In this document: piece after piece, positions 39,776 through 49,854 of the stretch
Numbering within the stretch: position 1 is the first letter of the stretch
Layout: the number at the start of each line of letters is the position of its first letter
From: Candidatus Rokuibacteriota bacterium
Lineage (GTDB): Bacteria; Methylomirabilota; Methylomirabilia; Rokubacteriales; CSP1-6
Assembly: GCA_016184365.1 (NCBI GenBank)
Contig: JACPCW010000110.1
Location: 28,611 to 92,610 of the forward strand
Direction of reading: 5' to 3'
DNA: 64,000 nucleotides
Translations under genes and position numbers: made by a program
The notes under the pieces: generated by a model
What the model saw: only the letters and a program-made list of their open reading frames with translations
Database searches by the model: none
What the model was told of the DNA's origin: nothing

Positions 39776-40009
39776 ATACGCCGGACTGCTGAAGAGGTCG
39801 GCGCAGAATTCGCCGAACGACCGCTGCAGGTCGACCCGATTCGCCGACGCGAGCAGCGAGCACTCCCACAGCACCGCGACGGGGACGTAGACGACCGCGG
39901 CCCGACGTTCCGCCGCCTCGAACACCGCGGCGGCGCGTCGTCCGAGTCGGCGACTCGCGGCAGCGTGAAACAGCAAGGGATGCGTGTCGGTGACGGCCGC
40001 TTCAACCAC
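39608..40009 (-). CDS. PIN-domain toxin
   Basis: GTG start overlaps the antitoxin stop (GTGGTTGA). ..VTDTHPLLFHAA.. and a C-terminal ..DPFDALICAAARHLNLPLLSRDSDI... Confidence 0.7.
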   Translation of the reverse strand: MVEAAVTDTHPLLFHAAASRRLGRRAAAVFEAAERRAAVVYVPVAVLWECSLLASANRVDLQRSFGEFCADLFSSPAYQPFDLTPEQIYDADAHRPNRDPFDALICAAARHLNLPLLSRDSDIRRSGLVEVIW

Positions 40010-40298
40010 GCGCCGTCTTTCGCTTCCGCGCGGGCTCGATGCGGGGCCCGCGGCCGGTCCGGAACAGCGCGCGGACCAGCGCATCTGCGCGCGCCAGTGA
40101 CGGATCGCCGCTCACGATGCGAATCGTCCCCTTCACGGATCGACGGGGCGCATCGGGGGCTCGGATTCCGGCGCGTGCGTCGGCGATAAGCCGGTCGAGC
40201 GTTTCGCTGACGCTCCGATGCCGGGCCGCGCGGCTGCGCCCTCGGAGCCACAGGAGGTTGTCGTCGCGAAGGGTGACGGAAATCGCCTGCTTCGGCAT
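40002..40298 (-). CDS. ribbon-helix-helix-type antitoxin
   Basis: MPKQAISVTLRDDNLLWLRGRS..SVSETLDRLIADARA. Confidence 0.5.
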   Translation of the reverse strand: MPKQAISVTLRDDNLLWLRGRSRAARHRSVSETLDRLIADARAGIRAPDAPRRSVKGTIRIVSGDPSLARADALVRALFRTGRGPRIEPARKRKTARG

Positions 40299-40711
40299 AT
40301 ACGATATTCATACGATAACCTGACGCCCTCGTCAATCCACGCCACGGTCGAAGCCCCGGCGGCGACTGAGGCGATCCCGGCGGCCCTCGCGGTGTCGGCA
40401 GACTTGACGGACGGGCGCCACCGTTCGCCACCTCGCGGGGCATCGGCGACGTTGCGACGATCGGGACGCTGAGCGCCGGCCGGGTGCGCCGGGCCCTGTT
40501 CGCTCGCGACGTCTGGCGATTGCGCCGTGAACGACCGCCTTTGTACCCTCCGTTGCTGCCGCAGCGATCTCGTCCATGACTGGCCGTACCACTGGCCGTG
40601 TTCCCAGCGGTGCGGGCGCGTACCGGCGCGTAGAGCAGATCGCGGAACTCCTTGAAATCACATACAGGCGGTACCCGCGCGTACCCGCCGGAAACACCCA
40701 GCACCGCACTG

Positions 40712-40762
40712 AAAATCCTGGTGTCCACCATTCACCCCGTCCTGCCCGCCATTTTTCGCGCA
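40712..40762 (+). repeat. degenerate duplicate of tRNA-Phe 3' half (attR-like island boundary)
   Basis: ACTGAAAATCCTGGTGTC matches 18/18, then ..TTCA-CCCC-GTCCTGCCCgCCATTTTTCGCG parallels the T-arm, acceptor 3' strand and post-tRNA flank of 26311-26370. Confidence 0.5.
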
Positions 40763-40920
40763 GTCAGCAAGCGCCGAAACGGGCCGCTGCGGGCGACCGG
40801 CCGTGACGTTCTTCGGCGAAAGAGACCCGCGGTGAAGTCACTTTGGGCCCGACAACCCAATCGTCGCCGCCCGAGGCCCGTCGTGGTGCAGACTGGTGCA
40901 TCGTGGTGTAAACTGGCGCC

Positions 40921-41184
40921 ATGGCTGAAACGGAGAGGACGGTCCGTCAGAGCGTCTCGATTCCGGTCGGTATCGCCAAGCGTGTGCGCACCTTGGCCAG
41001 GACGCGGAAAACGAGCGCCGCAGATGGCATGCACGCGGGCCGGATCGCGGAGTGCGTCGATGTATGCCGCCCGAACCTCCGCGCCAAAGGCCTCTCTGAC
41101 CGAGCCCCAGCGATCCAGCGCGTTGCGCCGGACGACCTGTGGCATCCGCCGGAACATCTTGCTTGCGCTCCTCGCCCGGCGTGA
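40921..41184 (+). CDS. possible small RHH (CopG/Arc-like) DNA-binding protein
   Basis: MAETERTVRQSVSIPVGIAKRVRTLARTRKTS.. follows a beta-strand/helix RHH pattern. A competing antisense ORF (40732-41157) was rejected. Confidence 0.3.
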   Translation: MAETERTVRQSVSIPVGIAKRVRTLARTRKTSAADGMHAGRIAECVDVCRPNLRAKGLSDRAPAIQRVAPDDLWHPPEHLACAPRPA

Positions 41185-41518
41185 GGCAGAGCCCTGCAGA
41201 CGTACGGCTCGTCACCGCAGCATGCGTCGACGATTGCACTGGACATCATGCGCCTCGATGCGCGGATAGACAGGCAGTGGAATCTTGCCCCGGCACCTGA
41301 GCGACCCCCGCCACGCCGGCGCGCGGATCACGAGCAGCGACGGTGAACAGCGAGACCGTCCCTGAAGACGAGAGCTTGGCGGCCGGGTCGTCAACGGGAG
41401 GAGCGAGGATGAACAGAAGCGCCTTGACAGCGGATGCGTTCTCATAGCGTGATCTCGCCTTCGGGATCCCGCGCGGCAACGACGGCCTGTTCGTCGCCCC
41501 ATGATCGGAGGAGCGTCC

Positions 41519-42484
41519 ATGACGACTCGCGCGACGGAGCGGAGCTTCCGGGACACGCTGTTCGCCGACCTCGAGACGGCGGCGCTGGACCTGCCGGGCG
41601 CCAGGTCGGACTCGCTGATCCAGCCGAAGCGCGACGAGGTGCGCCCGTACCACTGGCGCTGGGCCGAGATCGAACGGTTCTTTCAGCCGAGCACGGAGGT
41701 CCTGACCCCGGGCGAAGCCGGAGCCGAGCGGCGCATCCTCCGCCTGGCGAATCCCGGCATCCCGGACCGAACGGTCACGCTGACGCTGTCGGTCTCGGTG
41801 CAGTATCTGCTGCCGGGAGAGGTCGCGCCGGCGCACCGTCATACGCCATGCGCGATTCGCTTCTTCGTCCGCGGCGGGGCCGCCTACACCACCGTCGAGG
41901 GTCACAAGTGCGTGATGGAGCCCGGCGACCTCGTCCTCACGCCGCCCCTCATGTGGCATGACCACGGCAACGAGGGCCCCGAGCCGGTCGTGTGGATCGA
42001 CGCCCTCGACTTTCCGCTCGTCCGGTACCTCGACGCCGTCGTCTACGAGCACGGTCACGTCGATCGCCAGGCGGTCGACGCGCTGAAGACGTCCGACCAG
42101 CGATATGGATGGAGCGGGCTCCGGCCGATCCAGGACGAGGGCGCCGGATACCCACTGCTCCATTACCACTGGGCGGAGACGCACGAGGCGCTTCGCCGCC
42201 TGGCGGAGGTCGAGGCGACGCCGTTCGACGACGTCGCCATGGAGTACGTCAATCCGGCGACGGGACGCTCCGTGTTCCCGACCATGGCGTGCTGGATCCA
42301 GATGCTCCGTCCGGGCGTCCGGACACGAGCCCACCGGCAAACGAGCAGCGCGGTGTACTACGTCGTGTCCGGCCACGGGCACAGCATCGTCGGCGGCTAC
42401 AGCGTGACCGTGCAGGACGTCCCTGCGCTCAAGGCGCTCGGGCTCTACCGGGAAGAGCCGCATCCGGACGGACATCAGCCATGA
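41519..42484 (+). CDS. bicupin dioxygenase (gentisate 1,2-dioxygenase-like)
   Basis: GGAGGAG RBS. Two cupin motifs (..PGEVAPAHRHTPCAIRFFVRGG..; ..HRQTSSAVYYVVSGHG..). Confidence 0.7.
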   Translation: MTTRATERSFRDTLFADLETAALDLPGARSDSLIQPKRDEVRPYHWRWAEIERFFQPSTEVLTPGEAGAERRILRLANPGIPDRTVTLTLSVSVQYLLPGEVAPAHRHTPCAIRFFVRGGAAYTTVEGHKCVMEPGDLVLTPPLMWHDHGNEGPEPVVWIDALDFPLVRYLDAVVYEHGHVDRQAVDALKTSDQRYGWSGLRPIQDEGAGYPLLHYHWAETHEALRRLAEVEATPFDDVAMEYVNPATGRSVFPTMACWIQMLRPGVRTRAHRQTSSAVYYVVSGHGHSIVGGYSVTVQDVPALKALGLYREEPHPDGHQP

Positions 42485-44820
42485 GCGAGCTGATCGGGCG
42501 CCCCATCACGCGCAACGAGGACCCGCGGCTGTTACGAGGCCAGGGGTCGTACGTGAGCGACCTCCGGGTGCCCGGGATGCTCGCCGCCGTGATCGTGCGG
42601 AGCACCCACGCGCACGCTCGTCTCGTCGACGTCGATCCGAGCCACGCGCTCGTACACCCGGACGTGGTCGCCGTCTACACGTGGCGCGACCTCGGACGTG
42701 CGCAGCGCCCGATTCCGACCTTCGGATCGATTCCGGAATCGCTGGCGAGGGCGCTGGATCCCACCGTGCGTCCGGCGCCCGTCTACCCGCTCGCCCAGGA
42801 CAGGGTCCGGTACGTCGGCGAGCCCATCGCCCTCGTGGTGGCGCGCGACCGCTACGTGGCCGCGGACGCGCTCGACCTCGTGCGGGTGACCTACGAGCCG
42901 CTGCCTCCGGTGGTCGACGTCGAGCAGGCGATACGCGCCGATTCGCCGAAGCTCTTCGATGGCTGGGACGACAACACCGCGCTGCACCTCCGCGTCGCCT
43001 GCGGCGACGTCGACGCGGCCTTCCGCGGCGCCGCCGGCCGATTCGCCGAGCGCTACGAGAGTCACCGCTACACCGGCGTCCCGCTCGAGGGACGCGGGAT
43101 GCTCGCCATCCCCGACGCGGCTGGTGGCGGGCTCACCGTGTGGAGCAGCTCGCAGCTCCCGTACTATCACCGCGCGACGATCTGCGACGCCCTCGGACTG
43201 CCGGAACATGCCGTGCGGGTCGCCCAGCCCGACATCGGCGGCGGCTTCGGACAGAAAGCCGGGCTGTATCCGGAGGACGTCCTGATCCCGTTCGCAGCCC
43301 ACGGGCTCGGCCGGCCGGTGAAGTGGCTCGAGGAACGACGCGAGCACTTCGTCGCGAGTTCGCACTCGAGGCAGCAGCTTCACGACGTGGAGGTCGCCTT
43401 CGACCGGTCCGGCCGTCTCCTCGGCCTGCGTGACCGGGTCCTCATCGATCTCGGCGCCTACCTCACCTTCCCGATCGTGCTGCCGTACCTCGCGCTCTGC
43501 CACATGCTCGGTCCCTACCGCGTCCCGGCGCTGAGCGCGGACCTCCGCTCGGTGCTGACGAACAAGGTTCCGTCGGCGCCGTACCGCGGCGCGGGTCGGC
43601 CCGAAGGGGTGTTCGTGATCAACCGCGTGATGGACCGCATCGCGCGGGAGACCGGGCTCGATCCCGTCGAGGTGCGGCGGCGCAACCTCATCGCCAGGGA
43701 AGAGATGCCGTATGCGGCGGGAATTCTCTACCGCGACGGCGCCCCGATGGTGCTCGACAGCGGCGATTACCCGGCGGCGTTGGACGCATGCCTGCGCGCG
43801 ATCGGCTACGACGCGTTCCGGGCCGAGCAGGCGGAACGCAGGAGGAGCGGCATCCATCTGGGCATCGGGATCGCCTGCAACGTCGAGGCGTCGGGGATCG
43901 GGCCCTACGAGGCCGGCCGGGTCGCGATCGACAGCGCCGGGGAGGTCTCCGTGTACGCCGGCGTCACCAACCAGGGCCAGGGACACGGCACCGTCTTCGC
44001 CCAGGTCTGCGCCGAGAGCCTCGGCCTGTCGCCTCGGCGCGTCAGGGTCGTGACGGGCGACACCGCGACGCTCGCGTTCAGCCGCGGCACCTATCACAGC
44101 CGTGGCGCCGTCACCGCCGGCAACGCCGTCCACCTGTCCGCCGAGAAGGTGCGACGGAAGATTCTCCGCCTCGCGGCCCACCACCTGGAAGTCGCCGAAG
44201 CGGATCTCGAACTGCGCGACGGCGTGGTCGGGGTCAGAGGCATGCCGGACCGGAACCTCACGTTCGCCCGCTGCGCGCAGTTGACCAGCCCGGGTTCGGC
44301 GCTCCCGCCCGGTCTCGAGCCGGGCCTCGACGAGACGACATATTTCAACGCGCCGTCCGCGACCTGGGGCGGTGCGGTCCACGCCGCCATCGTGGAGGTC
44401 GACATCGAAACCGGGGCGGTCAGGATCCGGCGATGGGTCGTCGTGCACGACTGCGGCCGGGTCTTGAACCCGCTCGTGCTCGTCGGCCAGATCCACGGCG
44501 GCGTGGCGGCCGGCATCGGCGGCGCGCTGATGGAACATCTCGTCTACGACGCCGACGGGCAGCTCCAGACGACGACGTTCATGGACTACGCGCTTCCGGC
44601 GGCGGCTGATGTCCCGGCGATCGAGATCGTCCACCAGGAAGTCCTCTCCCCGCTCAACCCGCTCGGCGTGAAGGGCGCCGGCGAGGGTGGGACCATCGGT
44701 CCGCCGGCGGCGCTCGCGGCCGCGGTCGAGGACGCGCTGTCCCCGTTCCGGATCAGCGTCACGCGGACCCCGCTGAGCCCGAGCGCCGTGCTGGCCGCGC
44801 TCCGGCGCGCACGGCCTTGA
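42481..44820 (+). CDS. xanthine dehydrogenase/aldehyde oxidase-family molybdopterin-binding subunit
   Basis: ATG overlaps the upstream stop (ATGA). ..GGGFGQK.. and ..GVKGAGEGGTIGPPAA.. are MoCo-domain signatures. Confidence 0.85.
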   Translation: MSELIGRPITRNEDPRLLRGQGSYVSDLRVPGMLAAVIVRSTHAHARLVDVDPSHALVHPDVVAVYTWRDLGRAQRPIPTFGSIPESLARALDPTVRPAPVYPLAQDRVRYVGEPIALVVARDRYVAADALDLVRVTYEPLPPVVDVEQAIRADSPKLFDGWDDNTALHLRVACGDVDAAFRGAAGRFAERYESHRYTGVPLEGRGMLAIPDAAGGGLTVWSSSQLPYYHRATICDALGLPEHAVRVAQPDIGGGFGQKAGLYPEDVLIPFAAHGLGRPVKWLEERREHFVASSHSRQQLHDVEVAFDRSGRLLGLRDRVLIDLGAYLTFPIVLPYLALCHMLGPYRVPALSADLRSVLTNKVPSAPYRGAGRPEGVFVINRVMDRIARETGLDPVEVRRRNLIAREEMPYAAGILYRDGAPMVLDSGDYPAALDACLRAIGYDAFRAEQAERRRSGIHLGIGIACNVEASGIGPYEAGRVAIDSAGEVSVYAGVTNQGQGHGTVFAQVCAESLGLSPRRVRVVTGDTATLAFSRGTYHSRGAVTAGNAVHLSAEKVRRKILRLAAHHLEVAEADLELRDGVVGVRGMPDRNLTFARCAQLTSPGSALPPGLEPGLDETTYFNAPSATWGGAVHAAIVEVDIETGAVRIRRWVVVHDCGRVLNPLVLVGQIHGGVAAGIGGALMEHLVYDADGQLQTTTFMDYALPAAADVPAIEIVHQEVLSPLNPLGVKGAGEGGTIGPPAALAAAVEDALSPFRISVTRTPLSPSAVLAALRRARP

Positions 44821-45003
44821 CAACGAGGAGGGGTCCGGCGATGCTCGGCGCGCCCGATTCCGTGACGGCTCCGCGACCGGGCGGACGAGCCGCCCACGCG
44901 TAGTTCACCCCCCTCGGACGAAGCCTCGGAGAGGGGCGCAGAGCACCGGCTGCGCCCCGAGCAAAGGCGCCACCGCAACGCGCCGAGAAAGGAGTCGAGG
45001 ACA

Positions 45004-46125
45004 GTGAAGACTCACCGTCGGTTCCAGGCCATCGCCCTCCTCGTCGTGGTCGGACTGTTGGTCGCGTACGGTCTCGGGCTCTCGCCCGCGGGAGCGCAGA
45101 GGCCCACCGTCCTGAAGGTCCAGGCCAGCTTTCCCGCGGCAAGCCTGATCTACACCTCGGTGCTGCCCGTGTTCGCCGAGCGAGTGGAGAAGGCCTCCGG
45201 CGGCCGCCTCAAGATCGAGCCGATGCCGGCCGGCACGATCGTTCCCGCGTTCGAGGTGGTCGACGCCACCAACCGCGGCGTCCTCGACGGCGCCTACACG
45301 TGCACCTACTACTACATCGGGAAGCACAAGGCGGCGGCGCTGTTCACCGACGTGCCGGGCGGGCCGTTCGGGCTGGACACGTACGACTACATGTCGTGGC
45401 ACTACCAGGGCGGCGGGCTCCAGCTCCTCAACGAGTTCTACCAGCAGGTCCTCAAGATGGACATCGTCGCCTATCCGATCTTCCCGACGACCCCGCAGGC
45501 GCTCGGCTGGTTCAAGAAGCCGATCAAGAGCGCGCGCGACATGAAGGGCCTGAAGTTCCGCGTCCCCGGGATCGCGGCCGACGTCTACAAGGCGATGGGC
45601 GTCTCGGTCGTGACGCTCGCGGGTGGAGAGCTCCTGCCGGCGGGCGAGCGCGGCGTGCTCGACGCGACCGAGTGGTATACCCCGGGCGAGGACATCCGGA
45701 TGGGCTTCCATCAGGTCTGGAAGTTCTATCACTACCCCGGCCCGCACGAGATGGCCGGGGCCTGCGATCTCCTGCTGAAGAAGAGCGTGTTCGAGAAGCT
45801 CCCGGCCGATCTCCAGGAGATCGTCAAGTCGGTCACGCTCGAGACGGCGTTCCGGACGCTCATGGAGTTCAACCGCAAGGACGCCGAGGGGCTGCGCGAT
45901 CTCAAAGACAAGCACGGCGTCACGCTGGTGCGGACGCCCGTGGACCTGATGACCGAGCACTTCAAGGCGTGGGACAAGATCGCCGCGGCGGAGGCCGGCA
46001 AGGACGCCTTCTTCAAGAAGGTCCTCGACTCGCAGAAGAACTACGCGGCGCTGGTGGTGCCGGCGCGGCGGTTCATGAGCTCCTACGAGATGACCGCGGC
46101 CCACTACTACGGCGAGATGAAGTAG
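45004..46125 (+). CDS. dctP: TRAP transporter substrate-binding protein
   Basis: AAAGGAG RBS and GTG start. Signal peptide. DctP-family fold. Confidence 0.8.
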   Translation: MKTHRRFQAIALLVVVGLLVAYGLGLSPAGAQRPTVLKVQASFPAASLIYTSVLPVFAERVEKASGGRLKIEPMPAGTIVPAFEVVDATNRGVLDGAYTCTYYYIGKHKAAALFTDVPGGPFGLDTYDYMSWHYQGGGLQLLNEFYQQVLKMDIVAYPIFPTTPQALGWFKKPIKSARDMKGLKFRVPGIAADVYKAMGVSVVTLAGGELLPAGERGVLDATEWYTPGEDIRMGFHQVWKFYHYPGPHEMAGACDLLLKKSVFEKLPADLQEIVKSVTLETAFRTLMEFNRKDAEGLRDLKDKHGVTLVRTPVDLMTEHFKAWDKIAAAEAGKDAFFKKVLDSQKNYAALVVPARRFMSSYEMTAAHYYGEMK

Positions 46126-46205
46126 CGGGCCGGGGTGCGCGAGAACCCGGAGCCACCGGGTCGCCGGTGGCTCCGCGAGCCCCGCGCCGGCCGTCCCGGA
46201 GCGCC

Positions 46206-46727
46206 ATGAACCGAGACGCGCTGCTCGAGGTCACGAGTCGCATCGACGCGATCGGCCGGCACACCGGGACGATCGTCGGCGTGCTCATCCTGCCGCTCGT
46301 CGTCGCGCTCACGTACGAGGTGTTCGCCCGCTACGCCTTCCACGCCCCGACGGTGTGGGCGTACGACATCTCGTACATGCTCTACGGCGCGCACTTCATG
46401 CTGGGCGCGGGGTACACCCTGCTCCGGGGCGGCCACATCCGGACCGACATCCTCTACCAGAAGTGGTCGCCGCGAACGCAGGGCGTCATCGACGCCGCGC
46501 TGTATCTGTTCCTCTTCTTTCCCGGCATCATCTTCTTCTTCGTGATGGGCTTCATCGAGGCGTGGCAGTCCTGGAGCATGGGCGAGTCGTCCGACGCGAG
46601 CCCCTGGCGGCCGCCGCTCTATCCGCTCAAGGCCGTCATCCCGCTGACCGCGCTCCTGCTGCTGCTCCAGGGCGTCTCCGAGCTGCTCAAGAGCCTGTAC
46701 GTGGCGCGCACGGGCCGGCGACTGTGA
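46206..46727 (+). CDS. dctQ: TRAP transporter small permease
   Basis: 173 aa with 4 transmembrane segments. Stop overlaps the dctM start (GTGA). Confidence 0.8.
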   Translation: MNRDALLEVTSRIDAIGRHTGTIVGVLILPLVVALTYEVFARYAFHAPTVWAYDISYMLYGAHFMLGAGYTLLRGGHIRTDILYQKWSPRTQGVIDAALYLFLFFPGIIFFFVMGFIEAWQSWSMGESSDASPWRPPLYPLKAVIPLTALLLLLQGVSELLKSLYVARTGRRL

Positions 46728-48040
46728 GCCCCGAGTACCTCGGCCTGATCCTGCTGGGCGCCCTCCTGGCGGGGATCTTCGTCGGGTTCCCCATCGCGTT
46801 CACCCTCATCATCCTCGCCCTCGTCTTCGGCTACATCGGGTTCGGCCACGTCGTCTTCTACCTGATGGTCTTCCAGACGGTCGGGATGATGAAGGAGGAG
46901 ACCCTGGCCGCCGTGCCGCTCTTCATCTTCATGGGCCACGTGCTCGAGCAGGCGGGGCTGATGGAGCGGCTGTTCAAGGCGTTCCAGTTCATCCTGGCGC
47001 CCGTGCGGGGCTCGCTCTACCTCGGCGTCCTCCTGACGGCGACCCTCTTCGCGACCGCGACGGGGATCATCGGCGCCTCCGTGACGGTCATGGGCATGAT
47101 GGCGGCGCCCGCGATGATCCGGGCCCGGTACGACCCGAAGCTCTCCGCCGGCGCCATCACGGCCGGCGGATGCCTCGGCATCCTCATCCCGCCGAGCGTG
47201 ATGCTGGTCGTCATGGGCCCCGTGGTCGGGGTCTCCGTGATCGAGCTCTTCGCCGCCGCCATCGTCCCGGGGCTCATCCTCGCCGGCCTCTACATCGGCT
47301 ACGCGATGGTCCGCAGCCACCTCGACCCGACGCTGGGCCCGCCGCTGCCGCTCGAGGAGCGGGCGACGTCCTACGGCCAGATCGTCCGGGAGCTCTTCGC
47401 GGGCGTGATTCCCCTGGCCGTGATCATCTTCGCGGCGCTCGGAAGCATCATTGCGGGGCTGGCGACGCCGACCGAGGCGTCGGCCATGGGCGCTTTCGGG
47501 GCCATGGTCCTCACGGCCGCCTACGGGCGGCTGAACTGGGGCGTCGTGCGGGACGCGTACCTGAACACGCTCCAGACTTCCAGCCTCGTGCTCTTCCTCG
47601 CCGTCGCCTCCAACATCTACGGGTCGGTCTTCACCCGCCTCGGCACCGGCACGATGATCGCTAACGGCCTCCTCGCGTTGCCGGTGCCGCCGCTCGCGAT
47701 GATGGCGGTCCTGATGGCGGTCATCTTCGTGCTGGGCTGGCCGCTCGAGTGGCCGGCGATCGTCTTCATCTTCCTGCCGATCTTCCTGCCGGTGGTCGAA
47801 GCGCTGAAGTTCGACCTGGTGTGGTTCAGCACGCTCGTGGCCGTCAACCTCCAGACGGCCTACCTCTCGCCGCCCGTGGCGATGGCCGCCTACTATCTGA
47901 AGGCGGTGGCGCCGAGCTGGGAGCTCCTGGACATCTACAAGGGGATGTTCGCGTTCATGCTCCTTCAGGTCGTCGGGCTCGCCATCGTGTTCTTCTTCCC
48001 GGCGGTGGCGCTCTGGCTGCCCAATCTGCTGTTCCGCTGA
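46724..48040 (+). CDS. dctM: TRAP transporter large permease
   Basis: 438-aa polytopic protein of DctM family. Confidence 0.85.
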   Translation: MSPEYLGLILLGALLAGIFVGFPIAFTLIILALVFGYIGFGHVVFYLMVFQTVGMMKEETLAAVPLFIFMGHVLEQAGLMERLFKAFQFILAPVRGSLYLGVLLTATLFATATGIIGASVTVMGMMAAPAMIRARYDPKLSAGAITAGGCLGILIPPSVMLVVMGPVVGVSVIELFAAAIVPGLILAGLYIGYAMVRSHLDPTLGPPLPLEERATSYGQIVRELFAGVIPLAVIIFAALGSIIAGLATPTEASAMGAFGAMVLTAAYGRLNWGVVRDAYLNTLQTSSLVLFLAVASNIYGSVFTRLGTGTMIANGLLALPVPPLAMMAVLMAVIFVLGWPLEWPAIVFIFLPIFLPVVEALKFDLVWFSTLVAVNLQTAYLSPPVAMAAYYLKAVAPSWELLDIYKGMFAFMLLQVVGLAIVFFFPAVALWLPNLLFR

Positions 48041-48044
48041 CGCC

Positions 48045-48971
48045 GTGGCCCGCACACCAGGGTTCACGTCCAACCCGCGCATCCCGTTCCAGATGTCGAC
48101 CGAGCGGCCGCCGCTGGCGCCGCCCGAGGGCAAGCCGCTCATCGTGCACGTGCTCGTGGCGCTGGAACACTGGCGGTTCGATGATCACATGCCTCGTCAC
48201 ATCATGCCGGCGCCGCACGGCTTGCGGCCGGTGCCCGACGTGCCGAACTGGAGCTGGGCGGAATACGGGATGCGGTGCGGCATGCCGCGGCTCCTCCGCG
48301 TGCTCGGCGAGCGCGGAATCAAGGCCGACGCCTGCATCAACGCGAGCGTGCTCGACGCCTATCCCTCGGTGGCCGAGGCGGTGCGGGACGCCGGATGGGA
48401 GTTCCAGGGGCACGGCATCCACCAGCGCGCGGTGGGCGACGACGCGGACGAGCGCGCGCTGATCCGCGCCGCGCTCGACGCGCTCGAGCGGGTCTGCGGC
48501 TACCGGCCCCGAGGGTGGACGGGACCCGGGCTGCGCGAGACGATGGACACGCTCGATCACCTGCGCGAGGCCGGGGTCGTCTACACGTGCGACTGGGTCG
48601 TCGACGACCTCCCGTGCTGGATCCGGACCCGGCACGGGCCGATGGTCGCGGTGCCGTACACGCTCGATCTCAACGACAGCGTCATCTACGCGGTGGAGAA
48701 GCACAGCTCCGACGAGCAGTACCGCCGCCTCGTGGCGACGCTCGAGGCGATCGAGCCGGAACTGGCGCGCGGACCCCGGGTCGTCTCGCTCTCGTTCCAC
48801 CACCACCTGAGCGGCGTGCTCCACCGTGTCCGCTACGTCGAGAGGATGCTGGACATGCTCCTCGCTCGGCACGACACGATCTTCATGACCGGCGGCCAGA
48901 TCGCCGACTGGTTCATCGAGGCCGACCGCGCCAACGACGGCGCGCCGAACCAGGGCAAGGCTCCGGGCTGA
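48045..48971 (+). CDS. polysaccharide-deacetylase-family protein (PuuE/allantoinase-like)
   Basis: ..PLIVHVLVALEHW.. and ..DSVIYAVEKHSSDEQY... Start is 48045 or 48093. Confidence 0.65.
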   Translation: MARTPGFTSNPRIPFQMSTERPPLAPPEGKPLIVHVLVALEHWRFDDHMPRHIMPAPHGLRPVPDVPNWSWAEYGMRCGMPRLLRVLGERGIKADACINASVLDAYPSVAEAVRDAGWEFQGHGIHQRAVGDDADERALIRAALDALERVCGYRPRGWTGPGLRETMDTLDHLREAGVVYTCDWVVDDLPCWIRTRHGPMVAVPYTLDLNDSVIYAVEKHSSDEQYRRLVATLEAIEPELARGPRVVSLSFHHHLSGVLHRVRYVERMLDMLLARHDTIFMTGGQIADWFIEADRANDGAPNQGKAPG

Positions 48972-48987
48972 TCGGAGCCCCGCGTCC

Positions 48988-49854
48988 CTACACCTTCAGG
49001 CGGTCGCGCAGGCCGTCACCGAGCAGGTTGATCGAGAGCACGGTCAGCATGAGGAACAGGCCAGGGAACAGGAGAATCCAGACGCCGATCTGCACGTAGG
49101 CGCGGCCCTCGGCCATGACGTTGCCCCACGACGGAATGTGGGGCGGCGTCCCGGCGCCGAGGAACGACAGATACGACTCGACCAGGATCGCCGACGCGCA
49201 GACGTGCGTGCCCTGCACGATGAGCGGCGCGACCAGCGCGGGCAGGATGTAGCGGATCAGGATGCGCGGCGTGCCGGCGCCGATCGCGCGCGCGCCCTCG
49301 ACCATCGTGTGCTCGCGGAGGCTCAGGACCGACGCGCGCACCACCCGGATCACGCGCGGCACCTCCGGCACGACGAGTGCCGCGATCACGGTCTCGACGC
49401 TCGCCTTGACGAGCGCCATCAGCGCGAGCGCCAGGAGCACCGACGGGATCGCCATGAGCCCGTCGACGACGCGCATCACGACGGTGTCGAGCGCGCGATA
49501 GAACCCGCTGGTCAGGCCGATCGCCGCGCCGATCAGGAGGCTGATCAACGCGACCGTGATGCCGACGCGCAGCGAGATGCGGCCGCCGTAGAGCGTGCGC
49601 GCGAAGACGTCACGGCCGAAGTGGTCGGCGCCGAACGGCTGGTCGGCGGACGGCGGACTCAGGCGCGCCATCGGCCGCATCTGCTGCGGGTCGCGCGCGG
49701 TCAGGAGCGGTGCGCCGATCGCGCTCGCGGCGAGGAGCATCAGGCAGGCGAGGCCGGCGACGAGGGTGGGATTGCGGACGATGAACCGTCGCACGCGCGC
49801 GGCGCGACTCGACGGCATCCCCGGCGCCTCGAGCACCTCGGCCGCGACCGCCAT
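48988..49854 (-). CDS. ABC transporter permease (DppC/OppC-type)
   Basis: Binding-protein-dependent permease signature ..SLREHTMVEGARAIGAGTPRILIRYILP... Confidence 0.85.
   Translation of the reverse strand: MAVAAEVLEAPGMPSSRAARVRRFIVRNPTLVAGLACLMLLAASAIGAPLLTARDPQQMRPMARLSPPSADQPFGADHFGRDVFARTLYGGRISLRVGITVALISLLIGAAIGLTSGFYRALDTVVMRVVDGLMAIPSVLLALALMALVKASVETVIAALVVPEVPRVIRVVRASVLSLREHTMVEGARAIGAGTPRILIRYILPALVAPLIVQGTHVCASAILVESYLSFLGAGTPPHIPSWGNVMAEGRAYVQIGVWILLFPGLFLMLTVLSINLLGDGLRDRLKV

Noticed and set aside
40732-41157. 141-aa minus-strand ORF
   Set aside because: It mirrors the plus-strand RHH-like ORF and lacks a recognisable fold. At most one of the pair is real, and the plus one fits an RHH pattern.
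41380-41460. TTGACA-containing sigma70-like promoter upstream of the cupin gene
   Set aside because: The -10 element and spacing are poor, so it was not reported as a feature.
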